Shown: piece after piece, positions 18,667 to 27,256 of the stretch
Position numbering within the stretch: position 1 is the first letter of the stretch
How the letters are laid out: every line of letters starts with the position of its first letter
From: a virus
Taxonomy: Duplodnaviria; Heunggongvirae; Uroviricota; Caudoviricetes
Reading direction: 5' to 3' (one strand)
Virus record (IMG/VR): IMGVR_UViG_2541047739_000006
DNA: 34,603 bases
Notes under the pieces: generated by a model
The model's database searches: none
Told to the model about the DNA's origin: nothing
The model's input: only the letters and a program-made list of their open reading frames with translations
Made by a program: the position numbers and the translations under genes

Positions 18667-19122
18667 TTATACGCTGACCTTACAATCAATCACTGCTTTT
18701 AGCTTTTCAGCATTGCTTCCCTGACGCTTCCACGCGCTGTAAATATCTTTATCCCACGCTTTACCAGCTTTTGTTTGATAGCCTGCTTCATTGATCCGTT
18801 CAGCTATCACACGCCCATTATCAAATCCCTGTTGGATGGTATCGGCAATGATCTTTATAACTGCCGTTTCGTTATATGGTTTTGGTGGGATGTTCGGCTT
18901 TCCGGCAATAAGCGACGCAGCGGCTTTTTCCATGCGCTCCACCAGCCCAAGCATTCGTGAATCAATAGACTTTTCCGGCTGCCCCAGCTTCATGCGAATC
19001 GCATCAACAAGCCAGGAGGTTTTATCTCCTCCAGAAGCGAGAACAGACCGATTAAACTCATCCTGCAATTCAGATGGGATGCGGAACGCGACCAGATTAG
19101 ATTTGCTCATTGCAAAGACCAT
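18667..19122 (-). CDS. ribbon-helix-helix (Arc/MetJ-type) domain protein with C-terminal extension
   Basis: 151-aa ORF; N-terminus NLVAFRIPSELQDEFNRSVLASGGDKTSWLVDAIRMKL fits the beta-strand/helix/G-turn/helix RHH pattern (compare P22 Arc/Mnt). Confidence 0.6.
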   Translation of the reverse strand: MVFAMSKSNLVAFRIPSELQDEFNRSVLASGGDKTSWLVDAIRMKLGQPEKSIDSRMLGLVERMEKAAASLIAGKPNIPPKPYNETAVIKIIADTIQQGFDNGRVIAERINEAGYQTKAGKAWDKDIYSAWKRQGSNAEKLKAVIDCKVSV

Positions 19123-19220
19123 ATCAGTGAGTAATATCCATACAGTATACCACTGTATAACACTGTTATACGCTCAAATATCAGCCAGAAAATAACGGAC
19201 CAATCACAAATCTATCGCTG

Positions 19221-19352
19221 TGTTGTTGGTTCAGAGCTGGGCTGTGTTGGTTCAAAATGAGTTGATGTTGGTTCAATATTTCAGAAAAAACACAATAAAA
19301 ACAACAATCTTTACAAATTGAACCAACTGAACCAACTGAACCAACACCTTTT
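19221..19352. repeat. crr-like second iteron module; inverted copy of the ori module
   Basis: The reverse complement begins with the same 43 nt as the ori module (AAAAGGTGTTGGTTCAGTTGGTTCAGTTGGTTCAATTTGTAAAGA), followed by an AT-rich spacer and three TGAACCAAC copies. Confidence 0.55.
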
Positions 19353-19381
19353 TGCTTATCTATATAATCTGAGAGGCAGAA

Positions 19382-19663
19382 ATGATAAGGGACAGGAAAG
19401 CTGAAGAGCTGGAGTCAAAAGGGCTATACCGGAGAGCTGCCGCACGATGGATGGAAGTCATGCTGTTATGCACCGAGGACGATGATCGGGAATGGATAAA
19501 GCGCCGCCGTGAAACGTGTCTGGAGAACGTGAAGCGCCCGCCCGTGAAGGTTGAGGAATTTGGCGACCTGCATAAAGCTGTTACCGAAACGCAACACCGC
19601 ATGGGGATAGCGCAACCGAACGGTAACGCCTTCCGGTTAAATGGCGGCAAGAGGCAAAGGTAG
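19382..19663 (+). CDS. PerC-family transcriptional activator homolog
   Basis: 93-aa ORF; N-terminus MIRDRKAEELESKGLYRRAAARWMEVML matches the PerC/Pch family signature as I recall it. Confidence 0.6.
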   Translation: MIRDRKAEELESKGLYRRAAARWMEVMLLCTEDDDREWIKRRRETCLENVKRPPVKVEEFGDLHKAVTETQHRMGIAQPNGNAFRLNGGKRQR

Positions 19664-19960
19664 ACCACCAGAGGGAAATCATCCTCTGGCTGGCGGTTTC
19701 TGGTATTTCGGGACAAGTACGCGCGCGCGTAGCACCCAATCGGTGAGGAAATAGCGGCGACCTGAATGGTCAAAATCACAACGCAGCTATCCCCGTAAGC
19801 AGCGCTTAACGGAATAGCAGTAACCTGAATCCAGTGGGGAGGGGGTAGTCAAATCTCTACAGCCCTGACTATCCGGGACTGCCCGCCCCATCGTTTTTTT
19901 ATACCCGCGAAAAATGAAATTTAATCCGGGCGTGTTTCATTCTTCCAGAGGGTATGACGT

Positions 19961-20146
19961 ATGACACCACGCGAAATAGCCTTATTGACCATCGCCAAAC
20001 TTGAGCACGGAGGCCACCAGCTTACACAGGCAGATCAACGGGAGATAGAACGATCAGTTAATGCCGATATAGCCCGGCGCGACAGGTTCCGCGAAATGAT
20101 GCGAGCACCTGCCTACCAGTGGAAGAAGCCAGCGCCGCGCAGGTAG
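19961..20146 (+). CDS. hypothetical small protein
   Basis: 61-aa ORF with a GAGGG Shine-Dalgarno-like sequence upstream; no recognisable domain. Confidence 0.35.
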   Translation: MTPREIALLTIAKLEHGGHQLTQADQREIERSVNADIARRDRFREMMRAPAYQWKKPAPRR

Positions 20147-20266
20147 ATATGGGATTATTCCACATGTAACTTATGCGTATTAAGCAAATTTCCTTTATTC
20201 ACCTTTACAGAATTGTGAGTACGTCAGTATCGTTATCCTTCCGATTCGCATTTATTCAGGATTTGC

Positions 20267-20809
20267 ATGTACCAGCTAAAGATAACCATCCGAGACAGCA
20301 AACCACCTATATGGCGGCGTGTGCTGGTTCCAGAGCAAATCCCCTTTAGTAAACTTCATGCCGTGATCCAGTTAGCTTTTGGCTGGAATGACGAACACCT
20401 GTATATGTTCGAGAAAGGGCGTAAAGGTGATCCAGGTAGCGAGTATCGCGTATGGGGTGAGGATGAAAGCATGGGTAACGCGGCAATCACGCCACTATGG
20501 GCGGCGCTCCAGAATGAGGGTGACAAGCTGGTTTACACGTATGACTTTGGCGACTGGTGGGATTGCGTCATTGTGCTGGAGAAGCAAACACACGATACGA
20601 GTAATCAGCCCATTAGCTGCCTGCGTGGGAAAGGCACCACCCCGGCGGAAAACTCAGGCGGCTTGCATGGTTACAATGAATTGCTATTACAGGCCAGAGA
20701 GTCTGATAATCCTGAGCAGGCCGAGATCCACAATTTCCTGATGCTGGATATTGAACGCCGGGTTTACGACCTGAGCCGCATCAACGACAGATTGCAGGCT
20801 ATTAACTGA
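20267..20809 (+). CDS. plasmid pRiA4b ORF-3-like family protein
   Basis: 180-aa ORF; N-terminus LKITIRDSKPPIWRRVLVP...LHAVIQLAFGWNDEHLYMF is the hallmark of the pRiA4b ORF-3-like (PF07929) family. Confidence 0.75.
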   Translation: MYQLKITIRDSKPPIWRRVLVPEQIPFSKLHAVIQLAFGWNDEHLYMFEKGRKGDPGSEYRVWGEDESMGNAAITPLWAALQNEGDKLVYTYDFGDWWDCVIVLEKQTHDTSNQPISCLRGKGTTPAENSGGLHGYNELLLQARESDNPEQAEIHNFLMLDIERRVYDLSRINDRLQAIN

Positions 20810-21161
20810 CCCGCATGTATTCACCTGATATTGCGTTGTCAGCGCCGCCAGTATCGCGCATAACAGCGCACTGACCGGGTAAACCGTAGCGCACGACCGT
20901 TGCGTTAGTATCACCGCCGCGCCGTATCTGGCGCGATTCATACACTGTCACCCGCTCAAGCAGTCCACCAGCAACCATGCTTTCCAGTGTGCGCCGGGTT
21001 GATTCGAGCTGGTGACGCTTATCGAACGACACCATGCCATGAAGCAGGTAGGCCACACCCGACACATCGAACGGCGGCGCACCAATCTCACCAGTCACCC
21101 ATTCGAGGTTATCCGGTTCAAAGTAGCTAAGTATCTCTTTTTTGCGGCTGGTCATTCTCAT
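20802..21161 (-). CDS. hypothetical protein
   Basis: 119-aa ORF convergent with and overlapping the previous gene by 8 nt; AAGGA upstream. Confidence 0.5.
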   Translation of the reverse strand: MRMTSRKKEILSYFEPDNLEWVTGEIGAPPFDVSGVAYLLHGMVSFDKRHQLESTRRTLESMVAGGLLERVTVYESRQIRRGGDTNATVVRYGLPGQCAVMRDTGGADNAISGEYMRVS

Positions 21162-21279
21162 GGCTGGCTGATTCCTTATTGTGGGATAGCACTATCATAC
21201 AATAAGTGGGTTAAAGGGAGAGCGTTACCGCCTGATATGCTGTATGAATAACAACCAAATTTCAGGGGCGGAAAAAGAT

Positions 21280-21378
21280 ATGGGGGTACTTTTGGGGGTA
21301 TCTATAAAAAATGAACAATAAAAAAGGCAACAAAAACAAAGCTTATCGCCTATGTGTATTGTTCCTATTATCGCACAA
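21280..21378 (+). other. putative attR of the P4-like element (arm-type repeat ATGGGGGTACTTTTGGGGGTAT plus degenerate core TCCTATTATCG-CACAA)
   Basis: 21/22 match to the arm repeat at 1557; TCCTATTATCG at 21363..21373 matches the thrW 3' end at 1428..1438, then diverges. Confidence 0.4.
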
Positions 21379-21983
21379 TCAAGAAAATCAATAACTTAGC
21401 TTAACTTCTCTAAGAAATTGTATCTTCTGTTATCACTTACAAACGCCTATACGTTGTTATGGGCTTTGGTAGTGTAACACGTATGGGCGAGTAGTTCCCA
21501 GGCTCAACCTCGTAACAAGTTCCTTTGAAGCTGGAAGACGTGCCACCGTCTCTAAACCTTCTACCAAAACTCTTAGCAAGATGTTCCACACCTGGCGCGG
21601 TGTCCAATGATGCTACACGTCGTGAGACGTTGCAGAGGATAAACAGGCTAAATGATGGGAAGAGTTTTAAGTGCAATAGTGGATCAAAGCCCACCTCTTC
21701 AAAACCTAACTTGATCGGGAAAGAATCAAGCTCTAGCACGGTTTCGTCCACCGGAGTACAACGGGTGCCTGATAAGAGAAGAACTGCTAAGACTTCATAG
21801 CTTTTGTGAAAAAGCCCTTTTAGTGGATACGCCTACGGCGCTTATTTTTTGGGGTAGCCCATCAAAGGCGCTTTATGGCTCCTATTGTCTTGAAAATGTA
21901 TCTTTACTTGTATTGTGTTTTATGCGTAGTCTCCCTGTGTAGTATGTAACTTGTTAATTTTCATATGAATACAGAGGCACACG

Positions 21984-22142
21984 ATGAAAAACATTGCAGC
22001 TATCAAACGTAATAACCGCAAGATTCACGCTCGTAAGTTCCTGTCTACGCCAGAAGGAAAAGCCTGGCTAGAGCGTAAACAGAGAGAGAACGAAGAAAGA
22101 AAACTCCTTAATGAGTTGAAATGGCTTAGAGAGGATTTCTGA
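21984..22142 (+). CDS. hypothetical small basic protein (52 aa)
   Basis: ATG with GAGG 8 nt upstream; K/R-rich helical-looking sequence; below ORF-track cutoff. Confidence 0.3.
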   Translation: MKNIAAIKRNNRKIHARKFLSTPEGKAWLERKQRENEERKLLNELKWLREDF

Positions 22143-22310
22143 AAATCTCCAGAACGCAACAGGACGCATTCTAACGCTATTTTCATTGCTTGGTATAGGG
22201 ATGTATAGGTGATGTGTGTTTAATGCGTCTGTGCGCTTGTTTTGTGCCTTATTTTGCATTTTCATAATGCAGAAGAGAACACGGAAAACCTTAAAATTAA
22301 TTATTGGGGT

Positions 22311-22472
22311 ATTTAAGGGTATTTTCAGGTGATTTAAGGGTATTAAACTTGATTTAATTGATTAAAATATAAACAGATAGTTGTGTATCTTATTGATTTA
22401 TAAGGTTATTTTTAAATAAAGGTAAATAAAAAATAAATAGCCATAAATAGCTATAAATACATCTAAATACCT
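22311..22472. repeat. direct repeats ATTTAAGGGTATT x2 (22311, 22332) and four tandem ~10-bp units TAAATAsC (22434..22472)
   Basis: Read directly in AT-rich non-coding DNA; helical-turn periodicity. Confidence 0.55.
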
Positions 22473-22610
22473 ATATCCCTTCCCTTATGGCTAGATTGCG
22501 AGAGGTGCTTAACGCGATTTTCAGCGCCCCCCGATCTGGAAAATCCAGAATCCCCAAATATCAGCAAGGAATTTTCTTGCGTAATCAACATCGTTTTTAC
22601 CTATTAAATC

Positions 22611-23925
22611 ATTACACAGAAAGCCTTTCTGTAATGTCTCTCACTAAACTTTCACTAAACACGAGAATGATCGGTTTTATGTCGGATCAGATGCTAGAAA
22701 CAGCACCACGTCTCACAAGGACTGTAAGCGATGAAACCAGTGTTTATGCGGGTGCAGGTCAAAATATAGGCCAAAATCAATTTAACATAATAAACGTAAT
22801 ATGCACTAAGGAACACATAGAACGCCTTGAGTTGATGTATCAGGGGAAAAATGATGGATTTTTTACGTAGGAGCACGAGAGGGCTTCTGTTGACTTTTGT
22901 ATGCTATGAAACATAATTAAAGGTTTTTTTGTTTTTATTGTGTGATGTAGTGGATTACACAGGGGAATAGATTAAATGGTGTTCTGTTTATACAGGTTTA
23001 TTTGTTAGATCAACAATTTGGCATTTCTAAACAGATGTTTGAACGTTGCCAAATGTCTTGACAACACAAGAAAAGGGCTTGCTATGCCACGCATTACACG
23101 AAATAAGGCTGTAAAAACAAAATAAATTTTAAAATTTGCACAAACGAGAAAACTCGTTAAGAAACAAGCAGAACAATTTTTAGCCAACAATTTCTGATGG
23201 TGCTCTGTAGGCCGCACTACACAAGGATTTGCGAAAGTGATGTAAAAGTGAAGAAAGTAAGAATTGCACTTTTAAGCTACTTTTCATTGAATTTTTAGTA
23301 TGGAATTACACAGGAATAAGTTAGGGATATTCTATGATTTACACAGGGAATATAGGGGATTATGGCACACACATAGAAAGGCATTACACAGAGTGAGTGC
23401 TATGTGATGATTGGTAGTAACGGTAGGTCATAGTGAGCTAGGGGGTAGGTCACTGTGAACTACAATAAGACTATTAATAAAACTATATTAGATTATTAAT
23501 TAGATCATAATAATAATATTCTTTATATCTATATATATGATCTTTTGCCTTCCGGCGTTAGCTTCACTCTCTGGCAAGCAGCCTTACTCCGCTACCTTTC
23601 GGGCTTCGTGGCTGGCCCGTTCCGCTCACACCGAAAGCAAAGCGTTACTTTCTTCGTGTAACTTCGTTGGCGGTAACGCCCACGAAGAAATCTATTGCGC
23701 TGTGCGCAGTAAGAGTAATCACCTAACCAATCATACTGATTGCTTATGTGTTAACTCTCTCTAACTCTTAATTACCCTCCTACATTTAATAACTCTGTTA
23801 TTCTCTGTAGTTGTGTAATTACTCGAAGAGAGAGCGGCTAAAGCTCAATTACACTCTGCTTTCCTCGTGTAATTTCACTAAGCCTCAATACAATTTCACT
23901 TCCTACATTCTGTAGTCGTGTAATT
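22611..23925. repeat. dispersed iteron-like motif ATTACACAGG(G)AATA: about six forward copies (22611, 22954, 23093, 23305, 23337, 23383) then about four inverted copies (about 23655, 23813, 23866, 23916)
   Basis: Read directly; forward copies cluster upstream and inverted copies downstream of a GC-rich hairpin island. Confidence 0.55.
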
Positions 23926-24561
23926 GTTTTCGGTGGAAAAGCCAGAGGCGACACCGAAAGAGAATTCTGATCTTATTAATCTTATCTATCTTAGTTAATC
24001 TTCTTACTTATCTTACTTACTTTATCTACTTTATTATTAATAATAGCTTTATAAGCTCTCTGTGTAGCTCTCTGACGCAAGAAACAGCATTCAGGAAGGG
24101 AATCACCTTAGAAAAGGTGTTCTTTGCGTCATAATGTGTTTTATGAAGGATTCAGAGGTGTTTCATAACAGGAATGTATAGAGAATACTTTAGGTAATTA
24201 AAAATAAGGGGTCTAAATGCTTCTCTAACAGCATTAAGCAGGGTAGGGAATGGAAACGCATTGCCTACATATAATAAACTCACTACAGGGCTTTACAGGG
24301 CGTTTTATAAAGTGACTCTCTGTTTTATATCTACAATCACCTTTTCATATACCTAACAAATACAAAATAAGCCCCTTAAATAAGCCTCTGGCGAGCTAAA
24401 CAGACATTACATAAGAGAATGTATTGCTTTTATCAAAACTTCGTTAGAACGCGTTTTAGAGCGTTTTAGCGGATAATGAAGAATAGCACTACACAGAAGA
24501 GCACGAATTGCCAAGACAAATTATAACATGCTGAAAAAGATCGATTTTTTCGAAAAGGGTA

Positions 24562-24590
24562 TTGACAAATGTTTCTTTATATGTAATAAT
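24562..24590 (+). promoter_or_regulatory. sigma70-like promoter (TTGACA, about 17 bp, AATAAT) preceded by palindrome TTTTCGAAAA
   Basis: Consensus -35 at 24562..24567; AT-rich -10 at about 24585; about 115 nt upstream of the first gene of the operon. Confidence 0.35.
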
Positions 24591-24703
24591 AGGTATTAGA
24601 GGGACAGAAAAACATTCTTCTCTAAATAATCAAAATCAATGCACTTTGAAGCCGTCAGGCTTGCAAGGTGTTTTATTTCTTTTAACTGAATAAGGAGTTT
24701 TTT

Positions 24704-24892
24704 ATGAAATGGTTTACACCGGAGCACGTCGTAAAGGCATTTAAAAAAGGTGAGCTTACACGCCACCAAATAGTAATGAATCGTAATATGGCAAGGAGTC
24801 GAGGTTATCCAGAGCGAGCAGCTTGCTTCAATGAAGCACTCAAGATTATTGATGAACTAAGAAAAAATGAAAAAGAATCTGAAACAGAGTAA
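24704..24892 (+). CDS. hypothetical small protein
   Basis: 62-aa ORF with AAGGAG 7 nt upstream of ATG. Confidence 0.55.
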   Translation: MKWFTPEHVVKAFKKGELTRHQIVMNRNMARSRGYPERAACFNEALKIIDELRKNEKESETE

Positions 24893-24911
24893 AGAAGAGA
24901 AGGAGAAAACT

Positions 24912-25082
24912 ATGAGCGAAGCTACAGAAAAGAAAAGACAACCACGCACTTGCTTTCATATTCCTGATGAAGTATTTCAGGTGTTGTTTAAAGAAGCCAG
25001 AAGTAAACGTATCACTGTTACAGATTACATTCTTGATATGTTGAAAAGAGAGGCTGAAACACTCTCAAATAAAAGCAAGTGA
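24912..25082 (+). CDS. small putative DNA-binding protein (56 aa)
   Basis: AAGGAG 7 nt before ATG 24912; the listed 24867 start overlaps the upstream gene. Confidence 0.5.
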   Translation: MSEATEKKRQPRTCFHIPDEVFQVLFKEARSKRITVTDYILDMLKREAETLSNKSK

Positions 25083-25135
25083 TTTTTATCACCATAGTAG
25101 CGCCATAGAGCGTGATTACATCAAGGAGATTTTTA

Positions 25136-25828
25136 ATGATTAACCAACTAACTTTTACAAAACACTATGACACGTTTGATAATATATCAAAGATTTATTC
25201 TGATAAATTCCCTCAAGGAAAAGATTTAGATCTATTACATATTGTGCTTTATTTTCGATTCCTTAGTTATCAGGAAAACAACCTTAATTGTTATGAAAGT
25301 CACGAAACATTAGCTAAGATTTTTAAGTCTTCACCATCAACAATTAAACGTAAGATAAACGATCTTAAAGAGATGGGATTATTAGAAACATCCCCACATC
25401 CTGATCCGTATATTTCATCTTTGATTTACAATGCTCTCCCTCTCACAGATGCACATATTACTCCCCCAGGAGAATCATCACTCTCTGATCTTTCTGAGGC
25501 AGAAGAAGCACAGGAACAACCTAAAGGCCATAAACAGCCTTCTTTTGATGTTCTTGATGATGATTGGGATACGCCTTTACCCTGGGAGACGGAAGAAACA
25601 CCTGTTTCATCAAGTGAAAAGGTAGCTAATGATAATGAGGAGGATGTGTTAGAGAATTTTGCCTCTCTTATCATCCAGGAGAAACACAAAAGAACAGGAG
25701 GGGCATCATTTATAGAATTTGCAAATTCACTAGCTTGTAGATACGGGCTAAAACGACCAAATGGTATTGAGGCATATTTTTCTAAGCATTACCCAAATGT
25801 ATACGAAGACTTTGATATTCCCTTTTAA
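25136..25828 (+). CDS. replication-initiator-like protein (wHTH N-domain, acidic linker)
   Basis: AGGAG before ATG 25136; ETLAKIFKSSPSTIKRKINDLKEMGLLE helix-turn-helix; acidic stretch DLSEAEEAQEQ...DDDWDTPLPWETEE. Confidence 0.6.
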   Translation: MINQLTFTKHYDTFDNISKIYSDKFPQGKDLDLLHIVLYFRFLSYQENNLNCYESHETLAKIFKSSPSTIKRKINDLKEMGLLETSPHPDPYISSLIYNALPLTDAHITPPGESSLSDLSEAEEAQEQPKGHKQPSFDVLDDDWDTPLPWETEETPVSSSEKVANDNEEDVLENFASLIIQEKHKRTGGASFIEFANSLACRYGLKRPNGIEAYFSKHYPNVYEDFDIPF

Positions 25829-25844
25829 AAAGTAAGGAGGACTA

Positions 25845-26123
25845 TTGATACAGTATTTAATAAAAAGCAAAGTAGACAGAATTCAGTGTAACGACACAGG
25901 AAAACGCATCTACGAAACGCTTGCTTACCTCTATAAAGGAAAGCCAACACCGCTAAAATATAGCGATGTGTTACATCGAGCAGGTTGCTCTGAGTCAGGT
26001 TTAAAATTCTGGCTGAAACAGCTATCAAATTTCGGTGTTATTGAAATGAAAGAGCTGTCTTTCTCTACATTTAATCTCAAAAGACTAGATAAAGAAATAG
26101 AATTCATCTATTCCACTCTCTAA
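25845..26123 (+). CDS. hypothetical small wHTH-like protein
   Basis: 92-aa ORF with AGGAGG upstream. Confidence 0.55.
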   Translation: MIQYLIKSKVDRIQCNDTGKRIYETLAYLYKGKPTPLKYSDVLHRAGCSESGLKFWLKQLSNFGVIEMKELSFSTFNLKRLDKEIEFIYSTL

Positions 26124-26255
26124 AATCTCTCTATGTAATTAAAATATAAAAGGAAAACATTATTATGATAGTAGCTATGTATTGGTTATTGTTCTTTCTC
26201 ACGTTAGAAGCATATTTCGGGGTGTTTTCCTTTAAAAGAAAAGGAAAAGTAAATT

Positions 26256-26666
26256 ATGGCAAAAAGAAAAAACAACGTTGTTAAGAAAATCGGTGATTCA
26301 GCTTCTCTTCTAAGTAAACCTAAATCTATTCTAAAACGTAAAGACTTTAAAGAGCTAGTTACGCTCACCAAGCATAATAGCGCCCCTGGCGAATGGAAAA
26401 CAGAGATCATAGAACATTCTCCCTCTGTGCCTTGTGGAGATGAATATATCGCCTTACAAGAAATCTTATCTTCAACACCTGGCGTGTTCTGGAAACCTAA
26501 AAAAAGAAAAGAGTATATCGTTGATAGCTCTGATTTACGCAAATACCAGATTTTAGGATTTGAAGATTATAATCACTACGTTGGTTATCTCGCCACAAAT
26601 GGCCTAAATAATTTAGTTCCTGAATTCCAGATTTTAGATAATGCAGATCACTATGGAGACTTTTAA
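26256..26666 (+). CDS. hypothetical protein with basic N-terminus
   Basis: 136-aa ORF starting MAKRKNNVVKKIG. Confidence 0.6.
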   Translation: MAKRKNNVVKKIGDSASLLSKPKSILKRKDFKELVTLTKHNSAPGEWKTEIIEHSPSVPCGDEYIALQEILSSTPGVFWKPKKRKEYIVDSSDLRKYQILGFEDYNHYVGYLATNGLNNLVPEFQILDNADHYGDF

Positions 26667-26667
26667 T

Positions 26668-27006
26668 ATGAACAAAAACACGTATGACACAATTTACTCA
26701 CTAATTAATTATTATGAGGATGATTACCTCCTGCCTTTAAACCGCGCTGAACTTGAAGCATACAAAGAAAACACGCCAGCGGCACTAAATGAGGCGTTTA
26801 AACACTGGGATTTAGCTGTGAATGCCTTTGAGCACCTCTCTAAGCGTGTAGAGATGCTCTGTAAGCGCGAAAACGCATACCTGACAGCCGATCAGGTATG
26901 GGAATTATCAAACTGGATAGAAGATATTGAATCTGATGTTCGCTATGTGGGAGATGGACTTGTTGAACTAGCGCAACGCTTAGGCGCTACTATCACAGAA
27001 GAATAA
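26668..27006 (+). CDS. hypothetical protein (113 aa)
   Basis: ATG 26668 right after the upstream stop, GGAG upstream; the listed 26641 start overlaps. Confidence 0.55.
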   Translation: MNKNTYDTIYSLINYYEDDYLLPLNRAELEAYKENTPAALNEAFKHWDLAVNAFEHLSKRVEMLCKRENAYLTADQVWELSNWIEDIESDVRYVGDGLVELAQRLGATITEE

Positions 27007-27256
27007 AAAAAGCAACAAAAAAGTTGTAAAATATCTTGGCATTCCATCTATTGTATGTTAATATAATTATATAGGGGTGATTATTTTTCCTTTATTGGTT
27101 CGATATTAAAAATTCTTCCTGTCATTAAAGGGGAGTAAAATCTCCGCTCCCCGCTTCTTCTCCTCCTTAAGTAAATACTGTGCCATTATACCTCTTTGTT
27201 ATGCATACATCTTGGAGTATGCATAACATAGGGTAATTACATAGGTATGAGTTAAT

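Noticed and set aside
21437-21800. Overlapping opposite-strand ORFs 21437..21751 (-) and 21525..21800 (+) just right of the putative attR
   Set aside because: They are mutually exclusive and neither has a convincing start signal; could not decide whether either is real.
22068-23217. ORFs 22068..22265 (-), 22487..22870 (+), 22694..22876 (-) and 23005..23217 (-) in the AT-rich desert
   Set aside because: No ribosome-binding sites, mutually overlapping, and overlapping iteron copies; 22487..22870 is the least implausible but unsupported.
23537-23764. 75-aa ORF over the GC-rich hairpin island
   Set aside because: No Shine-Dalgarno sequence, and the sequence is dominated by stable hairpins; more consistent with structured RNA or DNA.
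21400-24700. Possible CRISPR array or retron in the repeat-rich AT desert
   Set aside because: Repeats are irregular in spacing and orientation (not repeat-spacer periodic), and no cas or reverse-transcriptase ORF is present.
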